A stretch of 64,000 nucleotides of DNA from Eledone cirrhosa (GCA_964016885.1 OZ024741.1:372434001-372498000), one strand, 5' to 3'; positions 1-12,458 are shown, numbered from the stretch's first letter. Program-made: numbers and translations. Notes: a model not told the origin generated them from the letters alone.

Positions 1-480
1 CACCATCACCATCATCACCATCATCAGAATCATCACCATAATCATCATTATCATCATCATCACCACAACCACAACCATTATCATCACCACTATCATCATC
101 ACAACCATCATCATCACAACCACAACCACCACAATCACTGCCATCATCATCATCATCATCATCATCACTATCGTTATTATCATCATCATCACCATCACCA
201 CTACCACAACCATTATCATCACTACCATCATCATCACCATCACAACCACCACAACCACAGCCATTATCATCATCATCACCTTCATCATCATTACCATCAT
301 CCTCATCATCATCCCTGCAACCACCACAACCACCATCATCATCATCATCACCACCATCGTTATTATCATCACCATCACCACCACCACAACCACCATTATC
401 ATCATCATCATCATCATCCCCGCCACCACCACCACCAACATCATCATCATATTCATCATCACCACCACCACCAACAACAA
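1..480. repeat. CAT/CAC/CAA low-complexity trinucleotide region
   Basis: Mixed catcat/caccac/caacca runs. Confidence 0.9.
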
Positions 481-559
481 ACGTTATTATTTCTATCAAA
501 ACAAACAACACTCCATGTCGATTATAATGATTGCTTACAACCATCGCCATCATAACTCT

Positions 560-591
<32 letters not shown>

Positions 592-634
592 TGTATGTAT
601 GTATGTATGTATGTATGTATGTATGTATGTATGT

Positions 635-1240
635 CAGGTCACCAGTTGGTGCTACTGGTAACATGTATCCCAGTACAACCTGTCCCATGGTCGGGTCGTT
701 GGCGACTAAACTGGCAACCCTACCAAGGTTTCTTGGTGAGGACGGTGACTTTGGACATCCTGCAGGACTAGAAACAAAACCTGTCAAAGGGCAAAGGAGG
801 TCATAACAGTCAATGGCCATCCAAAATCACCGGGAGAGATGACCCCTTAGCCTTTGTCAAGGCAGAATTCTAGGAGAAGGAAAACTCTGATATAACACCT
901 GCAACTCTGATCGTATCCAATGATGTTGACTTGTTCTTCTTTTTGGTAAATATCATCTTGGTTAAGAGAGTGGGACTGGCTTTGTGCAGTGCCTTTGCTC
1001 ACTTTAAAAGCTTCACGGCACAGGCATTGCTTTATATCTGGAGATCTCTCTGCACTTGTCATCACATGGTACCATGGGCCTAGCACTATGCGTCAATAAT
1101 TGTCACAAGTGTAGTGTTTGTACCAGAGTTTTCAAGTCGTTGGCTGGACTAAAAAGTCACACTCGTTCAGCGTATCGGTAGGGGTTGTCCTACATGGATA
1201 TAAAGTAGTGGCCGTACTCGAAAACGAGTTGGCAGCCATC
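635..1240 (+). mobile_element. Non-autonomous bipartite RTE-derived retroposon, copy 1
   Basis: RTE 5'-UTR-like motif CTAGGAGAAGGAAAACTCTGA; remnant of an ORF C-terminus CSVCTRVFKSLAGLKSHTRSAYR* (1101-1181); 3' hairpin ACTCGAAAACGAGT followed by an (ATGT)n tail; near-identical copy at 4204-4809. Confidence 0.75.
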
Positions 1241-1367
1241 ATGTATGTATGTAATTATGTATGTATGTATGTATGTAATTATATATGTTTGTAATTATGT
1301 ATGTATGTATGTATGTATGTATGTATGTATGTATGTATGTATGTATGTATGTATGTATGTATGTATG

Positions 1368-4133
1368 TTCTTCTGGTTTTATAATTTCACAAAGTTTTAC
1401 CAATAGAGAGAGAGAGTCGGTTTCTAACATAGACACAAGACTCTCTCATTGGAATTTACACAACATCAACTAGGTAGATATGTATGTATGCATGCATGTG
1501 TAGATATGGATGTTATTGGATGTGTGGATGTGTATGTTTTGAGTTGTATGTGTGCATGTGTATATGCTTTGTATCTGTACATGTGTATATGCAGTTATTA
1601 GATGCAAAATTTTTGGAATGTTTTACATATTTTTACTGTTCTATTAATGGATTGTACTTGTAGTTTCCTAACTAGTTGTGTTCTTTCTGTTCCTGTGAAG
1701 CCTAGCTTCTCAAGATTTGTATTGAGGCAGTTACTAACATATCCCAGTGCCCCAATAATCACAGGCATAAATCTGAAGGTGTAATCAGGGTGGAGTATCT
1801 GCAGATTTCTCATCAGTTCTGCATAAATATTCTCCTTTTCACTAATCTTTGATATTATATTGGCATCTGCTGGGCAGCTAATTTCCACTACTGTGCATGT
1901 CTTCTTCTCCCTGTCGCATATCATAATATCTGGTCTGTTATGCCTTCATTTTATTGGGGTTTTTACTGGAACATTCCACCAGTACTCTTTCATATTATGT
2001 ACATGGATGTCTTCCACATTGTTGTAGCTTTTAATGTGTTTATTATCGGGGCTATCTTTTTTACGAACTGCATTGTACAGTGTTTTGGCCACTACATCAT
2101 GCCTCATAGGTAGATAGTACCGCGATGACATCTTTGGGCAGCTGCTGATGACATGGGTGATATCCTCGATGTTAGTTCTGCAGAGTCTGCACTTGTTATC
2201 ACATCTAGGTGTTTTGCCTGCATCTCTATCTCTTTTGTGAATCAGGTATTTCGTGCTAATCTCCTGTTCTTGGATTGCAAAAGCGTATCCTTCAAAGTGG
2301 GAGCCAATATAGCGGTTGTTGGTCCAAGATAGACTACTTTCCTTATCTATATTACTCTCACTCTGGAGCTTCCTGGCAACATATCCATGCACGATTTTTT
2401 GCTGATAGGCATGCAGTTTTTCATCCATGGATTCACTGCGATACTGCTGAGCGACATCCCTGGGTGTGAGTTTTTGATTATCACACAGGGAATATCTCTC
2501 AAGGAGTTCCTTCCCAACTCTCATGATTTTATCTGTTTCATGCAGATAGACTTGCTCGAGAAGCGGGCTCCTACGCTTCGAGATTCGTAGATGTTGTCGG
2601 AGAGATATGATGCGACATTCAAATGTTGTCTGGACTGATGTTAGGCCTCTGCCTCCCTGCTTACGTTTCAAGTAAAGGCGGTCTATGTCACTGTTGATGT
2701 GGAAGTTTCCGGTGTTATTCAGTATTTTTCGAGTTCCAACATCAACTGCTCGGATTTCGTCTATCGTCCAATTGAGTATTCCAAACGTTGGTGTTAGGAC
2801 AGGCACAGCAAACACATTGTGAGCCACTGTTTTGTTTTGCGCAGAGAGTTCCGATGACCAGATCTTTCTTAATCGGGTGTAGTATTCCCTGGTTACGCGT
2901 TCTTTATTACAGATACCATTATAGGATATCTTCTCATCTATCCCCAGGTATCTGTAGCAGTCCTCATCAGATATCGGTGAAACAGTTAGACCATTGATGA
3001 CAATGTTGCTAGATTGGGTTGTTGTTTTTCCCCGCTTTACAGTCATGTATGAGCATTTATCTTGGCCAAACTTTATTCCTATATCCTTTGAGAACGTTGT
3101 AACCAGGTCAAGACTTTTCTTCATCCCATCCATGTTCTTGGCATAGAGTTTCAGATCGTCCACAAAGAAGTTATGGGTTAGGTTCGTATTTCTGTCCTCC
3201 TGTGAGCCAATGATGTATCCCTCACATTTCTTGAGCAGAAAGGACAAGGGGTTTAATTACAAGATGAACAATATCACAGAGAGACTGTCCCCCTGAAATA
3301 TACCCCTGCAATATTTTATTTTATCAGTGATAATAGAGTCCTCCCTCTCTGTCTTTAACCTTAGGATAGTAGCCCAAGAAGAAGACAGCCTCTCTATGGC
3401 TCTGACAATAATGTCTGGGACTTTAGCAAGTTGGAGGGCTTCTATCATCCAAGAGTGGGGAACAGAATCGAAAGCTTTCCTGTAGTCCAGCCAGACTGTA
3501 GTCATATTCCTCCTAAGTTGTCGCACCTCTGACATCGCAGTTTTGTTGATTAGGAGTTGTTCAGCACATCCCCAAACCCTTTTCTTTCCAGCTGCTTGTT
3601 CATCTGTGATGATGTTATTATTTTCACAGTGATCTTGGAGGAATAGGTTGAGGCAGGCTGTATACATCTTATACATCAGGTTCTGGCATGCAATGGGTCG
3701 GTAGTTTTTTGTCAAGTGGGTGTCTTTGTTCTTGGGGACCAGTAACGTTTGTGCTAATGTCAACCATTCTGGTATAAGTGTATCTCCCTTAAGAACTTGT
3801 TGGTAGAGGTCAGTAATATACCTCCGATAGAATATTAGTTTTTTGTACCAGTAGCCGACAATCATGTCTCTTCCTGGTGTTTTCTTATCTTGGAGTTTTC
3901 CTATCACAGTCGCAAGGGTACCCTCACTTATTTCGTATGTTTTTGTTGTAGTGTAGGAGCAATAGTTCTTTCGGATTTCTGTTAGCCACACTGCATCTTG
4001 GTTGAAATTCTTCTTTTCACCCCATATTTTTCTCCAAAAGGAATCTATGTCTTTCGGGGATAGGGCCTCAGTGACACTTATTATTTTGCCCTTCATATCT
4101 CTATAGACTGATGTTTGGTTTCGTCTGAATCTT
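1368..4133 (-). mobile_element. 5'-truncated R4/Dong-type (REL endonuclease) non-LTR retrotransposon, family A
   Basis: Frameshifted ORFs 3257-4096, 1946-3247 and 1598-1924 carry RT motifs (NYRPIAC, WLDYRKAFDSVPH, GIFQGDSLS, FVDDLKLY), a CCHC knuckle (CRLC..H....C), RHD, and a PD..E..K-type REL domain. Both ends lie in (CATA)n. Confidence 0.9.
1598..4096 (-). pseudogene. Disrupted RT-zinc knuckle-REL endonuclease polyprotein
   Basis: Three consecutive ORF pieces joined by frameshifts near 3250 and 1940. Confidence 0.88.
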
Positions 4134-4203
4134 GTATGTATGTATGTATGTATGTATGTATGTATGTATGTATGTATGTATGTATGTATGTATGTATGTA
4201 TGT

Positions 4204-4809
4204 CAGGTCACCAGTTGGTGCTACTGGTAACATGTATCCCAGTACAACCTGTCTCATGGTCGGGTCGTTGGCGACTAAACTGGCAACCCCACCAAGGTTT
4301 CTTGGTGAGGAGGGTGACTTTGGACATCCTGCAGGACTAAAAACAAAACCTGTCAAAGGGCAAGGGAGCTCTTAAGAGTCAATAGCCATCCAAAATCACC
4401 GGGAGAGATGACCCCTTAGCCTTTGTCAAGGCAGAATTCTAGGAGAAGGAAAACTCTGATATAACACCTGCAACCCTGATGGTATCCAATGATGTTGACT
4501 TGTTCTTCTTTTTGGTAAATATCATCTTGGTTAAGAGAGTGGGACTGGCTTTGTGCAGTGCCTTTGCTCACTATAAAAGCTTCACAGCACAGGCATTGCT
4601 TTATATCTGGAGATCTCTCTACACTTGTCGTCACATGGTACCATGGGCCCAGCACTATGTGTCAATAATGGTCACAAGTGTAGCCTTTGTACCAGAGTTT
4701 TCAAGTCGCTGGCTGGACTAAAAAGTCACATTCGTTCAGCGCATCGGTAGGGGTTCTCCTACATGGATATAAAGTAGTGGCCGTACTCGAAAACGAGTTG
4801 GCAGCCACC
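4204..4809 (+). mobile_element. Non-autonomous bipartite RTE-derived retroposon, copy 2
   Basis: Colinear with 635-1240; intact C2H2 motif CSLCTRVFKSLAGLKSHIRSAH at 4670-4750. Confidence 0.75.
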
Positions 4810-4820
4810 ATGTATGTATG

Positions 4821-4851
<31 letters not shown>

Positions 4852-4864
4852 TTACGTATGTATG

Positions 4865-5019
4865 TTATCTCTTTCTCTTAATTTCGAGTATATTTTTTGA
4901 CCGGCCACCTTCCTGGTGGCAAGGTTGTAAAAGAAAAGAAATTGTCATATCTTGAATCGCAAGAATGTTTTACAAATTTTGAAGGTGCCAGCTATCGCAG
5001 CCATTTGTAGACTATGAAT
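4865..5019 (-). mobile_element. R4/Dong family B, short 3' fragment
   Basis: Near-identical to 6118-6272; flanked by TATG repeats. Confidence 0.8.
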
Positions 5020-5340
5020 GTATGTATGTATATAATTATGTATGTATGTATGTAATTACGTATGTATGTAATTACGTATGTATGTAATTATGTATGTATG
5101 TATGTAATTATGTATGTATGTAATTACGTATGTATGTATGTATGTAATTATGTATGTATGTATGTATGTAATTACGTATGTATGTATGTAATTATGTATG
5201 TATGTATGTAATTATGTATGTATGTATGTAATTATGTATGTATGTATGTATGTATATAATTATGTATATATGTATGTATGTAATTATGTATGTATGTATG
5301 TATGTATGTATGTATGTATGTATGTATGTATGTATGTATT

Positions 5341-5396
5341 ATTAATAATGGTATATCGTGCAATGGCCATACTCGATAACGAGGGCACAGCCATCA
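5341..5396 (+). mobile_element. 3' stub of an RTE-derived retroposon
   Basis: Matches the 3' end of 58361-58707 (tatatcgtgc...actcgataacgag..cagcc). Confidence 0.6.
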
Positions 5397-5616
5397 TGTA
5401 TATACATACATATATATATATATATATGTATGTATGCATGTATGTATGTATCTATGTATCTATGTATGTATCTATGTATGCATGTATGTATACATATATG
5501 TATGTATATATGCATGTACGTATGCATGTATGTATGCCTGTAAGTATGTATGTATATACGTATGTATGTATGCATGTATTCCTGTATCTATGTATCTATG
5601 TATGTAAGTATGTATG

Positions 5617-6044
5617 AGGGTGAAGTGGAGTATGAGACCCCTAGTCATCATTAAGACATCTCTCTAGGATATGGTCACTCTGATATAAAACCTGCGACTT
5701 CGTTTGCATCCAATGATGAAGACCAGTTCTATTTTTTGGGGTAAATGCATTCTATGTTCAGGGAGTGGGATTGACCCCGTGCAAAGCCTTTCTTCACTTA
5801 AAAAAAGCTTCAATCACAGGCATCACTTGATATGTGACATCTTTTGCGATGCGTGGTACGGCTGGTAGAGGACTCTGTAACGGATAGTGAAAATGTCTGG
5901 CTTGGTAGGTGTTCCAGGGCATTGTAGCTTGGGCCCAGTCGACATCCTGTTACTGCGAGTTCCTACCAGGATTTGAAAGCTACGCCCGTGCTGCTCATGT
6001 TTAAGTATCAATGGCATTACTCGAAATCGAGTTGCAGCCATCAT
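5617..6044 (+). mobile_element. Diverged RTE-derived non-autonomous retroposon
   Basis: Shares the body (ctctgatataaaacctgcgact...gagtgggattg...cacaggcat) and the 3' hairpin actcgaaatcgagt-gcagccatcat with the 635 family. Confidence 0.65.
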
Positions 6045-6117
6045 GCCTGTATGTATGTATGTATGTATGTATGTATGTATGTATGTATGTATGTATGTAT
6101 GTATGTATGTATGTATG

Positions 6118-6636
6118 TTATCTCTTTCTCTTAATTTCGAGTATATTTTTTTGACCGGCCATCTTCCTGGTGGCAAGGTTGTAAAAGAAAAGAAATTGTC
6201 ATCTCTTGAATCGCAAGAATGTTTTGCAAATTTTGCAGGTGCCAGCTATCGCAGCCATTTGTAGACTATGAATTAGGGAGCTGCGCTCTTTGTCCGCAAA
6301 TCCAAGTTCAGTTATACATTGGTCCAAGCGGGTTGGTATATAACCCGTAGCTCCAATAATGATGGGTATGAAGCTAAAGGTGTATCTTGGATACTGGATT
6401 TGTAAACTCCTCATCAATGGTCCGTAGATGTCCTCCTTCTCCTATATTTTTCTGACAACGTTTACACAAGTGGGCAGCTGATCTCCACAACAGAACACAT
6501 TTTCAATGTGTGGTCCCAAACTACAATATCAGGCCGGTTGTGCTTTAATTTGGTGGCAGTTTTTATTTTCAGGTTCCACCAGTATTCCTTAGTGCCATCT
6601 GTCTCAATATATTCTTCCTCGTTTGTTGTTAATTTT
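6118..6636 (-). mobile_element. R4/Dong family B 3' fragment (REL endonuclease)
   Basis: Translates to EYWWNLKIKTATKLKHNRPDIVVWD...VEISC and IPIIIGATG...KICKTF, paralogous to family A; ends in (CATA)n. Confidence 0.85.
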
Positions 6637-6745
6637 GTATGTATGTAAGTATGTATGTATGTATGTATGTATGTATGTATGTATGTATGTATGTATGTAT
6701 GTATGTATGTATGTATGTATGCATGTATGCATGTATGTATGTAGG

Positions 6746-7872
6746 TTCTTCTGGTTTTATAATTTTACAAATTTTTACCAATAGAGAGAGAGTCGGTTTC
6801 TAACTGATACAAGACTCTCTCATTGGAATTTACACAACATCAACTAGGTAGATATGTATGCATGTCTGCATGCATGCATACATGTGTGTGCAGGTATGGA
6901 TGTTATTGTATGTGTGGATGTGGATGTTTTGAGTTGTAAGTGTGCATGTACATATGCTTTGTATCTGTACAAGTGTATATGCAGTTATTAGGTGCAGAAT
7001 CTTTTGAATGTTTTACATATTTTTACTGTTCCATTAATGGATTGTACTTGTAATTTCCTAACTAGTTGTGTTCTTTCTGTTTCTGTGAAGCCCAGCTTCT
7101 CAATATTTGTATTGAGGTAGTTACTAACATATCCCAGTGCCCAATAATCACAGGCATAAATCTGAATGTATAGTCAGTGTGGAGTATCTGCAAATTTCTC
7201 ATTAGTTCTGCATAAATAATCTCTTTTTCACTAATCTTTGATATTATATTGGCATCTGCTGGGCAGTTAACTTCCACAACTGTGTATGCCTTCTTTTCCC
7301 TGTCCTATATCATTATATCTGGTCTGTTATGCCTGCATTTTATTGGGGTTTTTACTGGAACATTCCACCAGTACTCTTTCATATTATGTATGTATGTGTC
7401 TTCCACATTGATGTAGATTTTAATGTCTCATGCAGATAAACTTGCTCGAGAGACGGGCTCTTATGCTTCGAGGTTCGTAGTTGTTGTCGGGGGGATATAA
7501 TGCGACATTCAAATGCTGCCTGGACTGATGTTAGGCCTCTGCTTCCCTGCTTACGTTTCAAGTAGAGGCGGTCTATGTCACTGTTGATGTGGAAGTTTCC
7601 GGTGTTGTTTAGTATTGTTTGGATTTCGTCTATCGTCCAATTGAGTATTCCAAACGTTGGTGTTAGGACAGGCACAGCAAACACATTGTGAGCCACTGTT
7701 TTGTTGTACGCAGAAAGTTCCGATGACCATATTTTTCTTAATCGGGTGTAATATTCCCTGGTTACGCGTTCCTTATTACAAATACCATTATAGGATATGT
7801 TCTCATCTATCCCCAGGTATCTGTAGCAACCCTCATCAGATATCGGTGAAACAGTTAGACCATTGATGATAA
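6746..7872 (-). mobile_element. R4/Dong family A, internally deleted second copy
   Basis: Same 3' end as 1368; ORFs 7062-7277 and 7379-7870 match the first copy with deletions. Confidence 0.88.
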
Positions 7873-7902
7873 TGTATGTATGTATGTTTGTATGTATGTA
7901 TG

Positions 7903-8086
7903 AAACCCAATCAATCCTATAGAGGGCATATCTTTTGTCTGTCACATTTCCTGCAGACCGTGCAAATCTAATGCTGGACTTAAAAGCCACCTAAGAGGCC
8001 ATGAACAGACGTTTGGAGTTGGTGACGGTTGATGAGGCTGCATAGGGAGACGGCAATCACCTGCAAACATAAAGCAACCACCATGA
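7903..8086 (+). mobile_element. RTE-type LINE 3' fragment
   Basis: Encodes FVCHISCRPCKSNAGLKSHLRGHE, a C-terminal zinc-finger-like motif resembling that of the 635 family. Confidence 0.55.
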
Positions 8087-8120
8087 TAAATATAGGTAGT
8101 GAGAGAGAGAGAGAGAGAGA

Positions 8121-8165
<45 letters not shown>

Positions 8166-8449
8166 TTTTATCTAGAGGGTTATCACAACTGTGCTCAACC
8201 AATAGCAGAGTGTTGTATAATGATTCATTGAGAATGTAAACTTCGATTACTGGACAGGGTCTCCTTGTACCTCATTTCGAGTATTTCAAATCAATCATTT
8301 TCAAAGGCTTGAAAACATATACTCATGTTACCTGGTGACTATTCAATGTCCTTATTTAATAAATACATAAACACGCACATGCACCCCCCCCCCCCCCACA
8401 CACACACACCCACCCCCACCACACAAACACACAAACACACACACGCGCA

Positions 8450-9380
8450 CTGGATTTATCCCTAACTCCAGCTGCTGTGATCAACTTATCGAGTTTCTTG
8501 AAGATATCACTCTGATCACTGACAGTGGCTCATGGATGGATGTTGTTTACCTTGACTTTGCTAAAGCTTTTAATTCTGTGCCACACAAAATACTTATGGC
8601 AAAACTCTCTGCAATGAGTGTCAAGGATGATCTTTTTAATTGGTTGAAGTCCTTCATTCTCAGTCGAAGAAAGGTAGTCACGGTTCTAGGACAGCATTCC
8701 TCACTGTATGAGATATCATCTGATGTACCACAGAGATCTGTTCTTGGTCCCCTTTTGTTTGTGGCATATGTTAATGACATTGATGCCAACTTAAAGAATG
8801 CCACAGTACTGAAATATGCAGATAACATCAAGCTGTACCTTGACATAAAAAGGACAGATCCTGAACACTATAGATCTTTCCAGCAATCAGACCTGGACGC
8901 AATGCAGCAATGGATCACAGACTGGCAACTCAAGCTGGCTGTCGACAAGTGTACCACCAGGCATTTTGGGAGTAAAAACCCAGCGTCCACATACTCCCTC
9001 CACAACACTAATATCAAAAAGTCTTCTTGTGAACTGGGCATTACTGTCAGCAGTGATTTGCTTTGGACGAAGCACGTCTCTAAAATTGTCAAGAGGGCCG
9101 AGGGAGTCTTAGCATCACTCAGCAAGACCTTTGTCAGCTGCTCTCCAGCTATCTATTTAAAGCTGTATATAGCTATGGTGCGGCAACACTTGGAATTTGC
9201 ATCACCAGTCTGGAAACCCTATCTTGCTCAGAACATTGACCTCCTGGAAACTGTTCAGAGACGTGCAACCAACCATGCGAATATCCTCCATCAGTCATCT
9301 ACCATACTCTGAACGCCTTGCTTACCTGGGAATGGATACATTGAAGCTCCGACAGTGATCGACTATTGTCATAACCATTT
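8450..9380 (+). pseudogene. CR1/L2-group LINE reverse transcriptase fragment
   Basis: ORF 8536-9312: DVVYLDFAKAF, PQRSVLGPLLF, YADNIKLY, LEFASPVW.P, ETVQRRAT. Confidence 0.88.
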
Positions 9381-9387
9381 ACGTAAG

Positions 9388-9607
9388 GGTGGCTACATTT
9401 TGAATTCGGTAGAGCGTCAGACACCATGCTTTGCGGCATAGAGTTATGGCCCTTTGTGTTCTCAGTTCAAATCCTGCCGAGGATAACTTTGCTTTTCATT
9501 CTTACAGAGTCGATAAAATAAAGCACCAGTAATGCACTGGGGTTAATTTAATCGACTTCCCGGCCCCCTTCAAATTGCTGGCCTTGTGTCTAAAGTAGAA
9601 ACAATTA
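9388..9607 (+). mobile_element. tRNA-derived SINE (dominant family in window)
   Basis: B-box-like GTTCAAATCC, body TTGCTTTTCAT...GTCGATAAAATAAAGCACCAG and tail GGCCTTGTGTCTAAAGTAGAAACAATTA; more than 20 related copies in the window. Confidence 0.85.
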
Positions 9608-9961
9608 TATAAAATAGTGCAAAATGTCCAATAATCTGCAAATCTGCAAGAAGAATCCAGATAGAATTTCTGGTAGAATTCAGTGTGAAAATCCAGTGTA
9701 GAGATTAAAAAAATGACTGACAACCTTTTTTCTCCACTATTCCTTTCGTCCTGTTTTCTTATCTCTTTTTTTCACTCTGTTTTCTTTATCTTCTTTGTTC
9801 GTCTTCCTGATTATTCTTCTCTCTTCCAAAAATCTCTTCCTTTTTCTGTTTCTATCATCCGATGAAAGACTGGCGTCCGAAACTTTTTAGGCTTTCTCCA
9901 ACTATATTAAGCGTTATTCTAATATACCATCATTGTATTTTGTACTGTTTATTTTCATCTT

Positions 9962-10213
9962 ATATATGCCCTTGTGCCCACATTCCCTTGTGCTCTCGTG
10001 CGCTGCAGCGCGTTGAGCCGATTCTTATCCCGGTTTCATGGTGTGAAGCGACTGAGAACACAAGACTTCCCCATAGACAGGACGCCAGCTGAGTGTACTG
10101 GAGCAACGTGAAATGAATTGTTTTTGTTCGAGAACATAACACGCACCCCAACCCAGGAATCGAACTCATTACGATCGTAAGTCCAATACCCTTACCTCTC
10201 GACCACGGCCCTT
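9962..10213 (-). mobile_element. Second tRNA-derived SINE family (CORE-like body)
   Basis: B box GAGTTCGATTCC on the minus strand and body atttcacgttgctccagt; relatives at 13020-13326, 43150-43450 and 43965-44290. Confidence 0.7.
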
Positions 10214-10544
10214 CACACACACACACGCATACAATGATATATATATATATATATATTTCATTATTATATTATCCCAAACTCCCCTATGGTTGAGTTAACC
10301 TAGGAGTGTACAAACTACTTTTTCTAGCAAATACGTTATTCGCTCATTATCCACCTTACTACCCTTCTGTGACCACTGTATCATGTGTTAATTTCTCTGT
10401 CTGCATCTCGAGATATTCTCATTTGCTACGAAAGGAACAGTCCTTTTTTTTTACCACTGTATCACGTGTTAATTCCACACTCCGACTCTAGAGACTTTCT
10501 CATTTGCTACGAACGCGTCAAGAAACAGTCCTTTTTTCTGAGGG

Positions 10545-10637
10545 GTTTCTTGATAATCCGTATCAACCTCACAGTGATGATACATTTTTATAGTGCACAA
10601 AACGTTGCACACGGATCGGCGAAACGGTAGTCGGGAC
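10545..10637 (+). ncRNA. Candidate type I hammerhead, U3-A8 core, expanded stem II
   Basis: GUUUC-UUGAUAA-(U CCG...CGG C)-GAAAC GGUA GUC-GGGAC, in a (TA)n-flanked unit. Confidence 0.4.
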
Positions 10638-10917
10638 TTTGAAGAAAAATAGGTATATTTTTGTCTATTATTTCCTCATATTTTGTAATTATATATATAT
10701 GTAGTATATAGATCACACTTTGTTGGTACTCTGAGTTTCGGGATCAGCATGCAATTGCAAAACTCAGGAGACAGAGTAATTTTGATAATAAAATAAATAT
10801 CGAAATACTAGACTCTACTTTGATATTGAGCGCATTTTCCCTCTTGTTTGCAATTTCAAACGTTCACGCGCACTCACACAGAGGCACACACATACAGAGG
10901 CACAGACATACACACAC

Positions 10918-10978
<61 letters not shown>

Positions 10979-10990
10979 TTTCCGCCTCTC

Positions 10991-11021
<31 letters not shown>

Positions 11022-11223
11022 TCCCCTCAATCTCCCCATCACTCTCTCCCCTCTCTCTCTCCTACTCTCCAGATCTTTTCAAATGATCGTTTTACTGATG
11101 TCAAGGCACCGATAGAATAGGCAGCTTTAATTATTTTCGGATTACAGCTGTCTGTTCTTCAATTAAACATCGGGCGGAAAGCCTGACTGGGCATTGCAGC
11201 TACACAGATGATGAAAGTGTCAC

Positions 11224-11224
11224 T

Positions 11225-11261
<37 letters not shown>

Positions 11262-11330
11262 GCGGCGGCAGCGGCAGCAGCAACAACTACACCAGCAACA
11301 ACGACAACAACAACAACAACATCAACAACA

Positions 11331-11377
<47 letters not shown>

Positions 11378-11410
11378 ATGCAACAAAAATACCAATAACA
11401 ACAACAGGAA
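11224..11410. repeat. (CAA)n/(CTA)n microsatellites
   Basis: Direct reading. Confidence 0.9.
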
Positions 11411-11539
11411 TGATAACAAGGGCAGCAACACACGTCAAATACTTTTACCTCCCGAAGATATTGTCGGTGAAAACAACAAAAAGAATGAGGTTAGCAATAC
11501 AACTTTAATACGAACCACTAGAGACACAGTAGGCTAGAT

Positions 11540-11698
11540 CAGGCATGTCAAACTGAGGGTCCCCCGGGGACCACATAGGTCACATATGTGTTGTCTGAGG
11601 GTCACACATGACAACTAATTGCGCACATTACAACTAATTTTACGAAAATAAAACATGCTCGCGTTGTGTAATTGTAAAGGGCTGCATGTGGCCCGCGT
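11540..11698. mobile_element. Partial hAT-like MITE
   Basis: Begins caggcatgtcaaact and carries a subterminal ...gcatgtggcccgcg motif; the second TIR is missing. Confidence 0.45.
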
Positions 11699-11724
11699 GT
11701 GTGTGTGTGTGTGTAATTATTATA

Positions 11725-11858
11725 GTTACGTCCCTTTACGATCTGAGTTCAAATCCCGCCGAGGTTAACTTTGCCTTTCATCCTTACGGGGTCGATAAAA
11801 TAAAGTACCAGTAATGCACTGGGTAATTGCTGGCCTTGTGCCTAAAGTAGAAACAATT
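11725..11858 (+). mobile_element. 5'-truncated tRNA-SINE
   Basis: Matches the 3' two-thirds of 15473-15660. Confidence 0.85.
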
Positions 11859-12261
11859 ATATATTTATACATGGGAGATGTTAGCGAATTAAATTCAAAA
11901 GGATTAATGATACTCACTCCAAACTTTCTTCTGAATTTATTTCGCTAACATCTCAAGCAGGTTGAGAGAGAGAGAGGGGGGGGGGACAATGGCCCTTGTA
12001 AAGAAAAGGTGAAGTTTTAATACAGGATAGGAGAAGCAATGATATAAAATATTGAATGGAGAAAGAGAGATAAATTGCAAGGAAGAAAGAGGAAAATCTG
12101 TTTAAAGCGGATTAGTGCAATCCCAATATAATGATTAGCCGAACGAATTGTGAGATTCTGTGAGAATATTTGACGATCAGACTGTTTTGATAATACATTT
12201 GTTTTTGATTAGTTTAGAAACGAACAGTGACAGAACTACTATGAGACAGATTAATAGTTTC

Positions 12262-12458
12262 TAATTTAGGCATATAAGGCTAACAATTTTAGGGAAAGGG
12301 CAAAGTCAATTATATCGACTCTAGTTCTTAACTGGTGCTTTATTTTATCGACCCCAGAAAGATGAAAGTCAAAGTTGACTTTAGAACTCTGAAAGTCGTA
12401 ATTAAATACCGCCAAGCATTTTGTTCGACGTTCTACCGATTCCTCCAACCCTCCGCCC
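12262..12458 (-). mobile_element. Diverged tRNA-SINE
   Basis: ctggtgctttattttatcgacccc...gatgaaagtcaaagttgac body. Confidence 0.75.

Larger units (their letters stand above)
561..7902. repeat. (TATG)n microsatellite array interrupted by nested retroelements
   Basis: TATG runs at 561-634, 1241-1367, 4134-4203, 4810-4864, 5020-5616, 6048-6117, 6637-6742 and 7873-7902 separate the inserted elements. Confidence 0.95.

Noticed and set aside
635-720. HDV-like ribozyme at the 5' end of the RTE-derived element
   Set aside because: ccagtt/aactgg pairing and a CUAA linker exist, but I could not build P1, P3/L3 and P1.1 in the required order; no twister motif was found either.
635-4809. LTR retrotransposon reading of two 606-bp direct repeats around an RT
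   Set aside because: The RT is a minus-strand non-LTR REL type, the repeats lack TG..CA ends and PBS/PPT, and microsatellites separate the parts.
9855-9895. Hammerhead-like CCGAUGAA-AGAC UGGC GUCC-GAAAC
   Set aside because: The core is mutated and there is no UH triplet or stem I; probably a decayed PLE motif.
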